DNA of 64,000 bases from Camelus dromedarius (GCF_036321535.1 NC_087451.1:18538001-18602000), one strand, 5' to 3'; positions 22,701-35,500 are shown, numbered from the stretch's first letter. Notes: a model not told the origin generated them from the letters alone. Translations and numbers: made by a program.

Positions 22701-25700
22701 AGGAGCACAGGGCCTGGGGCTTCCTCCTCCCTGAGGCCTAGGGCCTGGCAGCGTCACATGGGCAGTGGCCAGCTGAGACGCCCCCCCTCCACTACCCTGG
22801 GGACTTTTCCCTACCCTTAGTCCCACCTTGACTTCACCTCAACAGCCCACCCCACTCTTGGGGGGCGGCCCAGGCTCCTGCTGGACCCCGTTCCTCCTGT
22901 ACCTTCCCTGTGTCCTCTGGGCCCGGCTGCAGGGTGACGGAGCAGGGCAGGTTCTGGGGTATCTGTGGCAGAAGGAAGGAGAGGCTTCAGTTCTTCCAGA
23001 AAGTCCCCCAGATCTTCCTCCCAGTCTCAACTTTAAAGGCTGGAGAAGGACTTTGGGGGACCCTGAAGGGAGGGGGGTCTGGGGTCCCTCCTCACTGTTT
23101 CTTCCAGATCTGCCTGTACTGGGCGCCTCACCCCCCAACAGCCCCAGGCCCCTTGCTCTGCAGCAGGTGGGGGTGTCCTTACAGTGAAGAAAAAGGGGTG
23201 NNNNNNNNNNNNNNNNNNNNNNNNNNNNNNNNNNNNNNNNNNNNNNNNNNNNNNNNNNNNNNNNNNNNNNNNNNNNNNNNNNNNNNNNNNNNNNNNNNNN
23301 NNNNNNNNNNNNNNNNNNNNNNNNNNNNNNNNNNNNNNNNNNNNNNNNNNNNNNNNNNNNNNNNNNNNNNNNNNNNNNNNNNNNNNNNGAGGGCAAGGTG
23401 GGGCGGTCAGGAGTGCCCCCCTCCCTGACCCCCAGGTCCTAGGGTCCTAGCAGCAGCTGCACCTCCCTCAGCAGCACAAGACCTGCCTGAATCCCACTCC
23501 TGGCTTCTGCCTCAGCCCTCTATCTCTCTGGGGCCCCCCTCAGGGTCAGCTCGTTTCATCTCCCCACCTCCCTCCCTCCCCTTGGGTGCCTGGACTCCGG
23601 GCTAGTACCTTTGCGGTCCTTCAAGTAGTCAGGGTCCACGAGCACCACGCCATCTGGGAAGGGGACACGTGAACTCAGTTCCCATTAGGGCCTCTCCTCC
23701 ACTCCTGTGCCCAGGAACTTCTGCCCATCTTGGGGGACATGATGCCACTTTCTGGGCACACTTACCTACGGGATCCACTTTATCCAGGTGATCTACAAAG
23801 TCTCGCTTGCCCAGGTACACAGTGAGCTGAGGATGTAGAAGGGGTCACAGGGAAGACTGGGTGGTAGGAGGGTGGCAGGGCATCAGAGCCCTCCAAAGTG
23901 GCTGCCCTGCCCTGGTCTTCCCAGGCTGGGGTATCTGGAAGGAGTTTCTCCTGCTTTCCTCCCAGTAGGGTTTGAGTGTGTGGTGGTGGGGGGTGTTTCC
24001 CAGGCTGCCCAACCTTGAGGCTTTTTAACTGCCCCCCTAATACCTATTCACACTTTTGCTCACCAGTGTGTGTGTGTGTCTAGGAGGACCTCACCCTGGG
24101 CAGCCAGTAGAGAGATTCACCTGTGACTCCAAGGATCTCGGATAAAGAAGCCATATCCTGGGGGCTTGTGAACTCTTCTGGCCCCAGGCACATGGGTTGG
24201 CTCCTAAGAGGGCTCTAAGCATGGGCTTCGGGCCCCTCCCCCCTGGTCTTGCTTAGGGACCCAAGCCTGTCCCCACCCAGCCCTGTGGCTGGCTCAGGCT
24301 TTTGCGGCATAGGGCTTCAGGAGGGAAGGAAGTCAGCTCTTAGCTGTCACAGGAAGTGGGGAGCCTGGGGTTGGGGATCGACTAGGGGCAGGCTGAGCCT
24401 GGTGAGGGCCCAGGGAGGGTTGGGAGGAGGAGCACTGTGGGAGACTCACCTTGCAGTTAGGACTCGACTTCTTGAAGACCCTAACAAAACAGAAAGGGAA
24501 ACCCCACTGCCTCCCTCAGACTCAGCAGGGACCCTGGTGCCAGGACCTTGTCCCTTCCCAGCCTGAGAAGCAGAGCTCACCCGAGATTCTTGCCTGGAGG
24601 CTTCAGGCCTTTACCCAGCCCTATCCCGTCCTGCTCCTGCCCAGAAGGAAAGGTAACCCCAGGTCCTTAATAATTCCCAGCATGGCAGGCCCTCAAAGCC
24701 GGTTGCCATGGCAACCCCCTTGCTCCACCCTCAGTCTTCCCCTCCTTCCCTGGTAGTGGCCACTGGTTGCCAGAGGAACCACTTAGCCTCTTCCCAGAGG
24801 ACCTCCCCCAGGGGGACCTGAATGAGGAGGTTGCAGTAGTGTCTGTGTAAGACCTAACCCTCTTGCATCTCTTCTCCACCTCCAACAAGAGCTGGAGTAC
24901 TTGGAAGAGCAATGGCTCTGGGCTTCGCCTCTAAAATGGTTTCTATTATGGGCACTACCTAAGTGCGACCCCACTCTCCATTAACCTCCAACTGTCCCCA
25001 TCTCTGATCTCAGCAGCTTAAAAGCTTATTTGTCTTTCAAGGCCCAGCTCAGATATCACCTCTTTTAGAAAGCAGATCCAGCCCAGACTCCCAGTCACTC
25101 CTGTTTTTGGGATTCCTGTCACACCTTGTTTATGCTTTCCCTGGGGTGGGATAGCCTGTAAGGGCAGCTGTATGTATCATCTGTCTCACTAGATAGACTG
25201 AGTATCAGAGGCCTTACTGATGTAGGCGTCCCCAGCACTACGCTAGCTGTAAGATGAAGATGACGATGCTGGCTAACATTTATTGGATGAACGGTCCATG
25301 CCCAGCACTGTTGCAAGCATTTCATGTGTGTTATCTCATTTAGTACTCTTAGCAACCCACTGATGGAGGTCCTAATAATAATATTCCTGTTTTACAGATG
25401 AGGAAACTTTCCAGTGGCTTGGCACAAGTCCAGTGGGGATCCCCCTCCTAGCATCCAGCCTGGCCATAGCACAGGTGAGGTCAAGTATTTTGTCTAAGGT
25501 CACAGAGAGTGGACATGGTGGAATTGCGTACAGACAGAAGCAGTCTGGCTCCGAGTCCATGCTCTTCATCACTAAACTACTATACTCTCCTGCCTCTGCA
25601 ATTGGCCTTATGTTTGTTGGAGTGAAGGGGATCCGCTTTCCAGTTGCTGAAACAATCTAAGCCTGGACTCCACCCATTGCTGGGAGGGTAAGGAAGTGTC

Positions 25701-27495
25701 TGGCAACCCTGATGCCCTGGCCACTTGTGGGCCTGTTCTTTGCTGGACCACCTTATTCCTCCCAATCCACTCTGCCTCAGCAGTGGTGCTGGGAAGCGTC
25801 CCCAGGTAGTAGAAATTGAAAGCCCACCAACTGGCCCAACCCTCCTCCAATTCCACCCCTTAGTTTCCGCTATATCAACTTCACATGGCCCTTCCAGAGG
25901 GCCAAGCTATCCAAAGACTGTAAGGCAAAGGGTATGGAGGCCCCCAAGTATCCCCATCCAATAAAGGAGAGCAGACACTGGTATGGGGCAGCTGGGATAA
26001 GCCCCCCGTCTCTTGTCCCAGCTCAGGGGCTGATTGCTATGGCACCATCCAGCTTTCCCTCCCCTTGGCTTCTGGTTTTCCTCCTTGTCCCTGTGCTTCT
26101 TCCAATTAGGCGTCCTGGCAGAAGGTTGGAACAGCCACAATCCATTGGACAACTGGGAGTGTGGCTTTAGGGTAATTGCTTTGAAGCAGCTGCAGAGCAC
26201 CTGTCCTTTGGATCTTAACCCAGCCAACCTCCTGCTGGTTAGGCAAGAGCAGCAGGTGTATACTGAGGTTGGCCAAGGAGGCGGAGTGTTGGGGTGATCG
26301 CAGAAGAGCCCAGCGTGGGGGACAGCAAAAGCAGATGCCCCCCTCACACTTCCTGCTATTCTCTCCAGTTCCTGTGGCCCAGAATTTGATGGGGGTGGGA
26401 GGAATTGTGCCAAGTCAGCAGTACCCCTTTGGTACATCCATCCCCCTCCCTGAACCACATAACGGAAATCTAGGGCCTCCTTCAAGTCAGCAACTTCCCC
26501 TTTCTCTGTGTTTAACCCCTAATCCAGGACACTAATCCTCCCTCTGATCACCTCTCCAATATCAGCCGACTTGGCACTCAGAAACCTATGTTCTCCTACT
26601 CTATGGGTAGGGAGTAGTGGGGCTGATATGATAATGTTTTGCAGAACAAGTGACAGCTCAGAACAGGGCCCCCATTCCTGATCCCATAGCCCCAGTCTTT
26701 TTCCTCTTTTGCTCCTGCTCCCCACGGACTCAGGCATTCACCCCCTTCCCCCTTAGGGGTGTTGGGTCACAACAGGAAGTGGATTTTGCTAGAGACCAAA
26801 AAAGAGAACTCGGGGTGTCAGTGGAAGGAAGGAGCCTCGATTACGGAGAAAACATCCGGGGAGTGGATGGTGCGCCCAGGGCGGATACTGCCTCCCCTCA
26901 CTCCCTGGAAGAAGGGTAAGGCCCAGAATCGGGGAAGGTAGCCACGCATTCTGCTACCCCAAGATGAAGCTGTTGCTCCTAGCAACCCAGGGGAAGGCAG
27001 AAGTTTCGAAGCGGAGCCACCTGGCCCTTGGGACAGGTTGGGGCAGCCCAACTGCCTGTAGGGTATTGGACAGGAGGCTTTCCAGTGGCTCGGCACAAGT
27101 CCAGTGGGGATCCCCCTCCTAGCATCCAGCCTGGCCATAGCCGACCCCTCGGGGCCGGCCACCTGCTCCTCCTTCCTCCGCCCCTGCATCGCAGCCTGCA
27201 CCAAAGAACCCAGTCGTCCGGCCCCCACATGCCTGGGAGAACCCATAGGCAGGTTTCCTGATTCTCTTCAGCCCTCCCGTTCTGCAGGGGCCGTAGCATG
27301 CGTTCCCTTCATTATCCCGGAGGACCCAGGCGTGCGGCCCCGGATGGCTGCCCCCTAGGGACCCAGGTGTCTGGCCCCCGGCTTCTCTCCCCGGTGTCCT
27401 TGTCTGGGGACTGTCCCGGCACCCGCCCGGAGCCGCCGCCCACGTCCCGCCGCGTGGCCCCACCTCCCTTACCTGGTCCCGGGTTTCTCCCCCAT
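19705..27495 (-). CDS. ARRB2: Beta-arrestin-2 (arrestin-3), 15 exons, about 409 aa
   Basis: Exons in transcript order: 27495-27473, 24480-24450, 23826-23766, 23653-23609, about 23379-23183 (mostly under N-run 23201-23388; only HPFFFT is visible and the start is inferred), 22962-22903, 22586-22519, 22414-22279, 22067-21983, 21706-21634, 21360-21223, 20514-20431, 20336-20257, 20145-20091, 19798-19705 (TAA). Starts [18 protein letters not shown]; has clathrin box LIEFD and AP2 site [11 protein letters not shown]; ends DEDYDDQFC. Confidence 0.97.
25265..25580 (+). mobile_element. MIR SINE interrupted by a 64-nt templated insertion
   Basis: MIR 5' part (aacatttattgg...tctcatttag...cctgttttacagatgaggaaact) resumes after 25470 (gcacaggtgaggtcaagtattttgtctaaggtcacag). 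Confidence 0.85.
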
Positions 27496-27900
27496 GGTGC
27501 GCGCGCCCGCCACCCGCCTGGTTCACGGCTGGCTCGCAGCCTCCTAGCCCGCTGCTAGGTCCCTGCTCCTCCCCGCGCCACTGCGCACGCGCGCCCCTGT
27601 TCTTTCTCCACTCCCCCCTCCCCTCCTGCCCCCACCTCGGATCCTGGGGAACCGAGGCCAGATGCGTCAGCCCGGATCGCGCGCGCCGCGGCGCTGCCCG
27701 CCCTCTCCTCACAGTCACGCGCGCTGATTGGCTCAGCCCGCCCCCCTCCCGAGGGATCCCTCCCCAGCGCGCGCCGTCCCTACACCCTGCTCTTCCCGCC
27801 CATCTCCCCGCCCCACCGAGCTCACCTAGGAACTGATTGGACATCCTCAAACCAAGGCGCCCGCCCTCCAGAAGGTTAGGGCCTTCTGATTGGTTCCCTG
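27150..27900 (-). promoter_or_regulatory. ARRB2 CpG-island promoter with three CCAAT boxes
   Basis: CpG-rich around exon 1; CTGATTGG (CCAATCAG on the gene strand) at 27724, 27833 and 27886. Confidence 0.75.
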
Positions 27901-29089
27901 TGTCCAGGACACTGCAGGGGTCCCCTCCCTTTTGTTTGCTTTCTCGGTGGAGGTGGAGGCGACGGGGGCGGTGGGGGGCAGTGAATGAGCTCAAGCAGTC
28001 TAGGAAGGAAGATGAGGGGATGCACACTTGTGTGAGCGGTTCCAGTTGCGAGATGCTCGCTTATTGCGCGCCGCTCACCGGCTCACCCCAGAGGTTGCAG
28101 CCTTCTTTGGTTCGCTCTCCGGCTTTATTGTGATGTGTCAGCTCCCCCTGGTGTCTGTCTTTGTTCTTCGCAGGGTTGCTTTTCCTAATTTCTCTTACTA
28201 CCCTTCTCCATCCATTCATCGCAGCTAACATCCATTCATCCGTCATCCATCCACCCATCCATCCATGCTTATTTTGTGCTAATCACTGTGCTAATACATG
28301 GGGACCCAGACATACATTAATATGGTCCCTGGCTTCCTAGGATAGTTGAGGAGACACATAAACAGGTTATTATGATCCCAGGATTGCGGTAATAGAGGTA
28401 GGACTCAGAAGACAAAGCAACTCCCAGCGCTTGACTTGGGGAGGGATGGAGGGAGTGAACGCTGTCCAGAGGAGGGGACATTTGAGGACAGTCTTTCTGT
28501 CCTCGTGGCATGATGAGATTTCTCCTTTAGGAAGATAATTTTGGGCCAAGTGGAGGGTGGAGGGAGTGGGGCCAGACTTTTGTAGACTAAAACTAGACAC
28601 GAAGGGATGACGAACCATAGAGTGGAAGGGAGAAGCGGGTGCCAGGCTGAAGAGTCATTTCTAGGGCAAAAGTTGACTGGACTTGGGGAGGATGACGAAT
28701 GACATTTCTGGACTTGAGGAGATAAAATATTTCCCTTCTTTCATCTCTTTTCCCATACTCCCCCATCTCCCCCAGATAAACTAACTTCACTCTTCTCCCT
28801 CCACTTTTCCATGCAATAAAAAGTAATGTGCACAGCAAGACAGTTTCTGAGATTATCTTTAAGGTTCAAACACAGGCCTTACTCACCCGCTGCCACCTCC
28901 CCATCCCCAGTTCTATCACCATCTTCTAAGCTCATTCTCCACCCCTTTCAAGCTATAGCTCATATATTTCTTTTAGACTCATGAATCACTCTTATCAAGG
29001 GGTCATGACCAGAAGGTAATGAGATCTACATTGCTACATATCTAGAATGATTTTGGAACTGGCGGGTAGTGATCTGCCTGGCATGAAAG

Positions 29090-30450
29090 CTACTGTATTA
29101 AAAAATACTAATATAAAGACAACTGTAGAAAGATATTAAAGAAGACCAGAAAGAACGAAAGAGATACACCATATCCTAGGTAGGAAAAACTATCATTACA
29201 ATGTCATTTCCCTTCATAGTGTGTATAAATTTAACACCATATCAGAATAACAATGGGACTTTTTTTGGGGGGGGGGACCAGATTCTAAACATAATTAGAA
29301 GAACCAACTTTCAAGTAAAGCCAGGAAAATTCTGAAAAAATAGGAGTAAAGGAGGCAGTTGTCTTACCAGATAATTTATTATGTTACAATCACTAAAATA
29401 GTGTTGTTGGTGTGGTAATATGAAAAATGGCAATGAAACAGAATAGAGAGCCCAGATACCCACGTGGTATTTCAAGTCAATGGGGAAATAAAGGCAGATT
29501 CACTAAATAGGGCGGGGACAATTGGCTATCCACTTGGGGAAAAAATTGTATCTCCCACATGTAAACAATAAATTCTAACTGGGTTAAAGATCTAAATGCA
29601 CAGAACCAAACTATGAAAGTATTAGGACGAAGAAATACTTTTATATTAGAACAGTTTTATAATCTCAGAGGTTAGGGAAAGCCTCCCAAGATAAATTCCA
29701 GGGCTGTAAGTGATAACAGCTGAACACTTTATGTACAGTATCTACCAGGTGCCAAACATTGTTCCAAGCGTTTTACAAATATCAACTCATTTAATCCTCA
29801 CAATCCTATGAATTAAGGTTCTATGATATCCCCACTTCCTAGATAAAGAAATGGAGACACAGTTAAGTAACTTGCAGACTCACACAATCAGCAAGAGGCA
29901 AAGCTGGTGTTTGAACCCAGCAGTCTAGCTCTAGAGTCTGTGCACTTAATCATAACACCTTACTTCAAAAAGACTGAGATTAAAAAAATAGCAAATAAAA
30001 AGGCAAACTGGTAAAAAAAAAAACAAAAAAACACCCCTTGCAACCTTGCAATACATATAGCCATCAAGAATAAATTCCCCCCAAAAAAGAAAAAAAAAGA
30101 AAAAATTCCCTCATCTACAAAGAGTTCCTAGAAATTAATAAGATAAACAACCCAATAGAAATTAAGTAAAAGGTATAAAAAGGTAATTAATAAAGAAGAA
30201 ATATAAAGGCCTACTAAACATATGAGAAGTTATTCCATTTTACTAATGATCAGGGAAAATGAATTAAAAGAAGGTGATATTCTTTTTTATCATTTGGTTG
30301 ACAAAATTAAAAAATAAACCTATTATTGGGATGATGTATAAACAATAAAGCACTATTCTACATAGTTGGCAGGGGTATTAATTGATACAATCTTTCTAGA
30401 GGGCATTTTGCTTAGTTCTTGTCAAAATTAAAAATAATCATCTTCTTTCA
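29090..30450 (+). mobile_element. Old L1M ORF2 3' remnant with an inserted MIR (about 29710-29960)
   Basis: Degenerate L1 motifs (aaacagaatagagagcccaga, gggttaaagatctaaatg, acaacccaatagaaa) and a MIR core (ctcatttaatcctcacaatcctatg...tttgaacccagcagtct). Confidence 0.65.
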
Positions 30451-30459
30451 TCCAACACC

Positions 30460-31265
30460 AATTCATTTAGTCACTCAATAAATATTTATTGAGCATCTTT
30501 TATGTGCACTGTTCTACGTAATGAGAATACAGTAATGAAGTTGACAAGACCCCTCTCATGGAGTTGTTTTTTTTTTTTTTTTTAATGGAAGAGATAGTCA
30601 GTAAATAAGGAAGATAATAAGTAAATTTTGGATAGTGCTATGAGTTGTAAAAAAGAAAAATTAAGCAGGGTAATGTGATAGAGGGTGATAGGGGTGGGAG
30701 TGGGAACTTCTTAAAAAGAAGCCCTTTCTAAGGATGGCCAGATGGTGTCAGTTATACAGAATCCAAGGAAAGTTTCTCCAGACAGCAGCAGTAGCATGGG
30801 AAAAGGCTCTGAGGCTTGCTGGACGATAGCAAGTAGGCTAGTTTGGCTCAAGGATAGGGAAAGAGAGGGAGAATGACTCCTGTGGTATGTGTTGAAGTCA
30901 GAGAGGTGAGTAGGGGTCCGATAGTGTAGGTTCTAGTTGGCCACGGGTGAAAAGATGGTATTGCATTCACATCATAATGGGAAGCCACTGAAGGGCCTTA
31001 AGGAAGGAGTGACAAGAACTGATTTACCTTTGAAAAGACCACTCTGGTTGCTGTGTGGAGAAGAGACTACAGAGGGCCAAACAGGGAGCAAAGAGAGCAA
31101 TGAAGAGGCCACTGCAGGAGGCTAGGATAAGAGGCCAGGTGAAAGAGAATGGTGGCTTGGCCCAGAGTGGCACTGCAGATGGAGAAAGAGAGAACAACGA
31201 ACCCTCTTGGGTTAGTGTATTTTGGAGGCAGAATGCCAGGATTTGAAGGATTAGATAGAGTGCAA
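30460..31265 (-). mobile_element. L2 LINE
   Basis: cattcatttagtcactcaataaatatttattgagcat (L2 3' end) and body gggaagccactgaagggccttaagg...gatttaccttgaaaagaccactctggttgctgtgtggaga. Confidence 0.75.
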
Positions 31266-31689
31266 TAAAAGAGGAAAAAAATGATCCTTGGATTTGAATC
31301 TTGGATTTGAACTTGATTATATTCAAATTATTAAGATTATCTCTGTGCACAAAAAGTGCACAAAGGTTCACCAAAGTGTTTGTATTAGTGAAAAACTGGA
31401 GCAGTTTGAAGTATTCGGCAATAGAATTGTGAACTCACGGTGCACGCCAATTCATTGTACCATGCCGCTTAAAAAATGGCTTAATGTTGCCCACAATATA
31501 GAGTGAAAAAAGCCAAGTGCAGCCTCCGCTCCTGTAAAATAAACTGTGTGTTTATGCACAGACTAATATTGGAAAGTATACACATTACTCGGGGAACGAC
31601 TTAAGGGGAGAGGTTCTCTTTTTATTTTATGCCCTCTTTTGAATTTGTTTTTGCAAGGCGCGTGTATTGTATTATTTCTGTAGTTGTAA

Positions 31690-32520
31690 ACGCAGTTTAA
31701 AAACGTCGGTGAGTTCAGACAAGGCCAGTCCCTTAGGTATCAGTGAAGCCTTGAGTGAAAGTGTCCTGAAACTCCGTTACATCAAAGGCTAGCTTTCAGA
31801 CTTCGGCGCCTTTTGTCCGGACCACGTGTTCTTTAAGCGTCACTGGCCCGCCCCGGGCCTGCCCCTGCTCCCGCCCCTACCCCCGCCCACCTGGCCGGCC
31901 TTGATAGCCAGGGAACCGACTGAACCGCCGCCGCCCAGGCGCCCGGGCTTCTCCGCGCTGCGCATGCTCCTTCCCAGCCGGAGCGCGGAGTCCAACCTCC
32001 GTTCACGCAACGCGCAGGACCACGGCCCCCTCCCCACGCCCCTTCCCCACGAGGCGTTGGTCGCGGTGTGTTTGCGTCATCGCGCCACGCCAGCACTAGA
32101 GCCCGGGTGAAGATGGCGGCAGCCGTTCTTAGCGGGCCCTCTGCGGGCTCCGCGGCTGGGGTTCCCGGCGGGACCGGGGGTCTCTCGGCCGTAGCCTCTG
32201 GCCCTCGTCTCCGCCTGCTGCTGCTGGAGAGCGTGTCGGGGTTGCTGCAGCCGCGAGCGGGGTCCACCGTTGCACCCGTACATCCCCCAGTCCGCTCGGC
32301 CCCACATTTACCGGGGCTCATGTGCCTATTGCGGCTACATGGGACGGTGGGCGGGGCCCAGGTGAGTCTGGCCCGCACGCCGGCGGCCCTGTTGGAAGGT
32401 TGGCGCAGCTTTTGTGCGCCGGGGTCTCGGTGTACCGTCGCTGCAGTTGGGAGGTGGAGGGAAGGAGAGCCGGGGGCAGAACGTGGATCCAGATATCACT
32501 GTGGACGAGATTCACGCGTT
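31690..32520 (+). promoter_or_regulatory. PELP1 CpG-island promoter
   Basis: CpG-rich; NRF1-like TGCGCATGC at about 31959-31967; YY1 motif AAGATGGCGGC at 32110-32120 overlapping the start codon. Confidence 0.75.
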
Positions 32521-35500
32521 TCTCCCTCATCAGCCATGAGCAGGAGAAACTCAGGGAAGAGGAAGGGCCTCAGTTTTGTATTGCTAGGCTGTTGGTAGTC
32601 ACACGTGAATGGGTTCTATTCCAGGCCCCGTCACTCATTAGAGGTATGATGTTTAACTAAACTCTGGCAGTATGTATGTTTGGGATTGTTTCGACTGAGT
32701 GGATGGACGTATTTAATAAATATTTACCGAGCTCTTACCGAGGGCCAAATCCTGGGCACTCCAGTTACAGATGAAATGGCGATGAACAAAATGTTATGAA
32801 ACACTATGAGAATTGTATGGTAGGGATCTCAAACCTAATCTGGAAAATTGCAGCGATTTTCCTGAGGTGCTGGAATTTAAGCTGAGATCCCCAAGGATGA
32901 GTAGAGGTTGGGTAGGGAAAGAAAATGGGAGGAGCGGTTCAGTTAGCGGAGAACTCGTGTGGGGAGGTCCTGTGGTAGGAAGGAACTGAATAGAAGGGCA
33001 TCGTGCCTGGGGCTCCCAGGTGGAGGGGAAGAGAGTGGGCGCGATGAGGCTGCTGAGGTGAGTAGGCAGTGGACAGATCATGGAGCGCTTTGTAGACTGG
33101 CTTAGAATGGTCCATTGAGTTATATCAAGAGTAGACTCTAACATCCATTCAGTTCTTCAAGCTAGAAACCCAGATGTCATTCTAAACACTTTTTTCTTGC
33201 TCACTCATCTCTATATGCAGTATGTTAAGTCCTTTTGATTTTATCTTTTAAGTAACTTTCAGATCTGTCCACTCCTTTCCATATCTTTCCCATTGCCCCC
33301 ATCCTAGCCTAATCCCCATCATCTTGCCCAGGTGAAAGCACTGATTCTAAGATGTAACTGGCTAACCTGTGGTAGGTTCACCTTTAATATTTTCTGTCTT
33401 TCATCTTTCCCCCTAATCCTCCCGCAAATTCTGCTCATCTTTGAAGACCTGTGTACATGAGGTCTTCCTTGTCCAACCTTTGTTACTGGGACCTTCCCAG
33501 CTCTACGATTCCTTTCAGGAAGAGAGTTGTGACAACCTGCTGGGAGGTTCCATAATCTTAGCCACAGATTTATCAGAGATGACCTTATTTGTTTATTTAT
33601 ATTAACATTACTCCTCAGTGAGGGTGACAGAACTGTGTCTCTGGTACATTCCCACTTTCTCAACTCTATCTCCCGCCCCTGGAGCATTTTAAAGCAAATC
33701 TCAGATCTCAGTTCCCCTGTAATTGTATAGACTTTCAAGGATAGAGTGTATTGTTCTGCACTGTGTCCTTAGGGCTTTGTACTATCCCATTGCCTGGCCA
33801 ATAGCCAGTGATTTTTAAAAAAATATCGATGAGATTACAGAATTCTCTTGCTTAAAACTGTACAGTAACTTACTGCACCAGGCCCTACATAGTGTGACCT
33901 CTGCTTACCTCTTGACCTCATCTCATACGACTCCTGGCCTGTCTTCACTGTGCTCCAGCCACCCAGGCTGATCTCATTTCTGCTGCAGCTAAGGCCACTG
34001 CTAGTCAGTCCTCTCTCTGCTGGGAAACACCTGGGGAGGTGAGCTGCTTAATTTGGTCTCAGCTTACCTGTCTCCATTCAGAGGAGCCTTTCCTGGCCAC
34101 CGTGTTTTAAATACAGTAGTCCTTCCCACTTCAGTCATTCTCAGATTATTCTGTTTTGTTTCTTTCCTAGCGTTTATCACTATTTGAAATAAATTAACTT
34201 ATTTATTATCTGTCATGTTCTCTCTTCTCTTCTTACCCTGTTTAAATTCCACTATAATCACTTCCTTGCCCCTCTCCTTTCATTGTACTTGCCTGGCAGC
34301 AGTCCGTCTGTGTTGAATCCAGATCTGTTTATTTGGTGCCTGCACCTGCATCGCTCAGTATAGCTGGAGAAGAACATGTATCCTGATGACTGGTCTCACT
34401 TAATTAAAAATTTTTTTTTATTTTTTAAATTTAGATTTTTAATCGAAGTATAGTTGATTTACAATGTTGTGTTGGTTTCATGTATACAGCAAAGTGATTC
34501 AGTTATATATATGTATTTCAGATTCTTTTCCATTATAGGTTATTATAAGCTAATGAATATAGTTTCCTGTGCTATACAGTGGGACCTTGTTGTTTATCTA
34601 TTTTATATACAGTAATCTGTATCTGCTAATCCCAAACTCCTAATTTTCCCCTCCCCTACTACCTTCCCCCTTGGTAACAATAAGTTTGTTTTCCATGTTT
34701 GTGAGTCTGTTTCTGTTTTGTAAATAAGTTCATTTGTATTATTTTTTTAGATTCCACATATAAGTAATATCACATGATATTTGTTTTTCTTTGACTTCAC
34801 NNNNNNNNNNNNNNNNNNNNNNNNNNNNNNNNNNNNNNNNNNNNNNNNNNNNNNNNNNNNNNNNNNNNNNNNNNNNNNNNNNNNNNNNNNNNNNNNNNNN
34901 NNNNNNNNNNNNNNNNNNNNNNNNNNNNNNNNNNNNNNNNGTCATCTGTCAGTGGACATTTAGGTTGCTTCCATGTCTTGGCTAATGTAAATAGAGCCGC
35001 TGTGAACACTGGGGTGCATGTATCTTTTTGAATTAGAGTTTTCTCCAGATGTATGTCCAAGAGTGACTGTACTGGTCACTCCCTTATAGTCTTGTTTATT
35101 GGTTCCTCCTCACCTCTTTGATCTGTAAGTATTTGAGTGCCCAAGAACCCAGTCCTTGTGCTGCCTTTTTTCTTCGTTTATACTCATTTGCTCAGGGAGC
35201 TGATCCAGTCTCATGACTGACAACTTCCCGTATTCATACTCTACGTAGGATTTCTCCTAACTCCAGACTTATCCACCCAGTGCCTGTTTGGCATCTCTAT
35301 TCTGATGTTGAATAGACATCCCAGATTTAACATATCTGAAACTGAATTCCTGATTCTCACCCCCAAAATCTGCTCCTCCTGCAATGGTCCCCTTCTTAGT
35401 AAATGACGACTCCATCTTTCTAGTTGTTCAAGTGAAAAACCTTGGAATTATCTTTGCCTCTTCTCTTTATCTCCCACCCATATCCAATGTGTTGTCAAGT

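Noticed and set aside
27119-28027. 302-aa - strand ORF over the ARRB2 promoter
   Set aside because: GC-rich islands lack stop codons by composition; the protein is low-complexity Gly/Arg with no recognisable domain.
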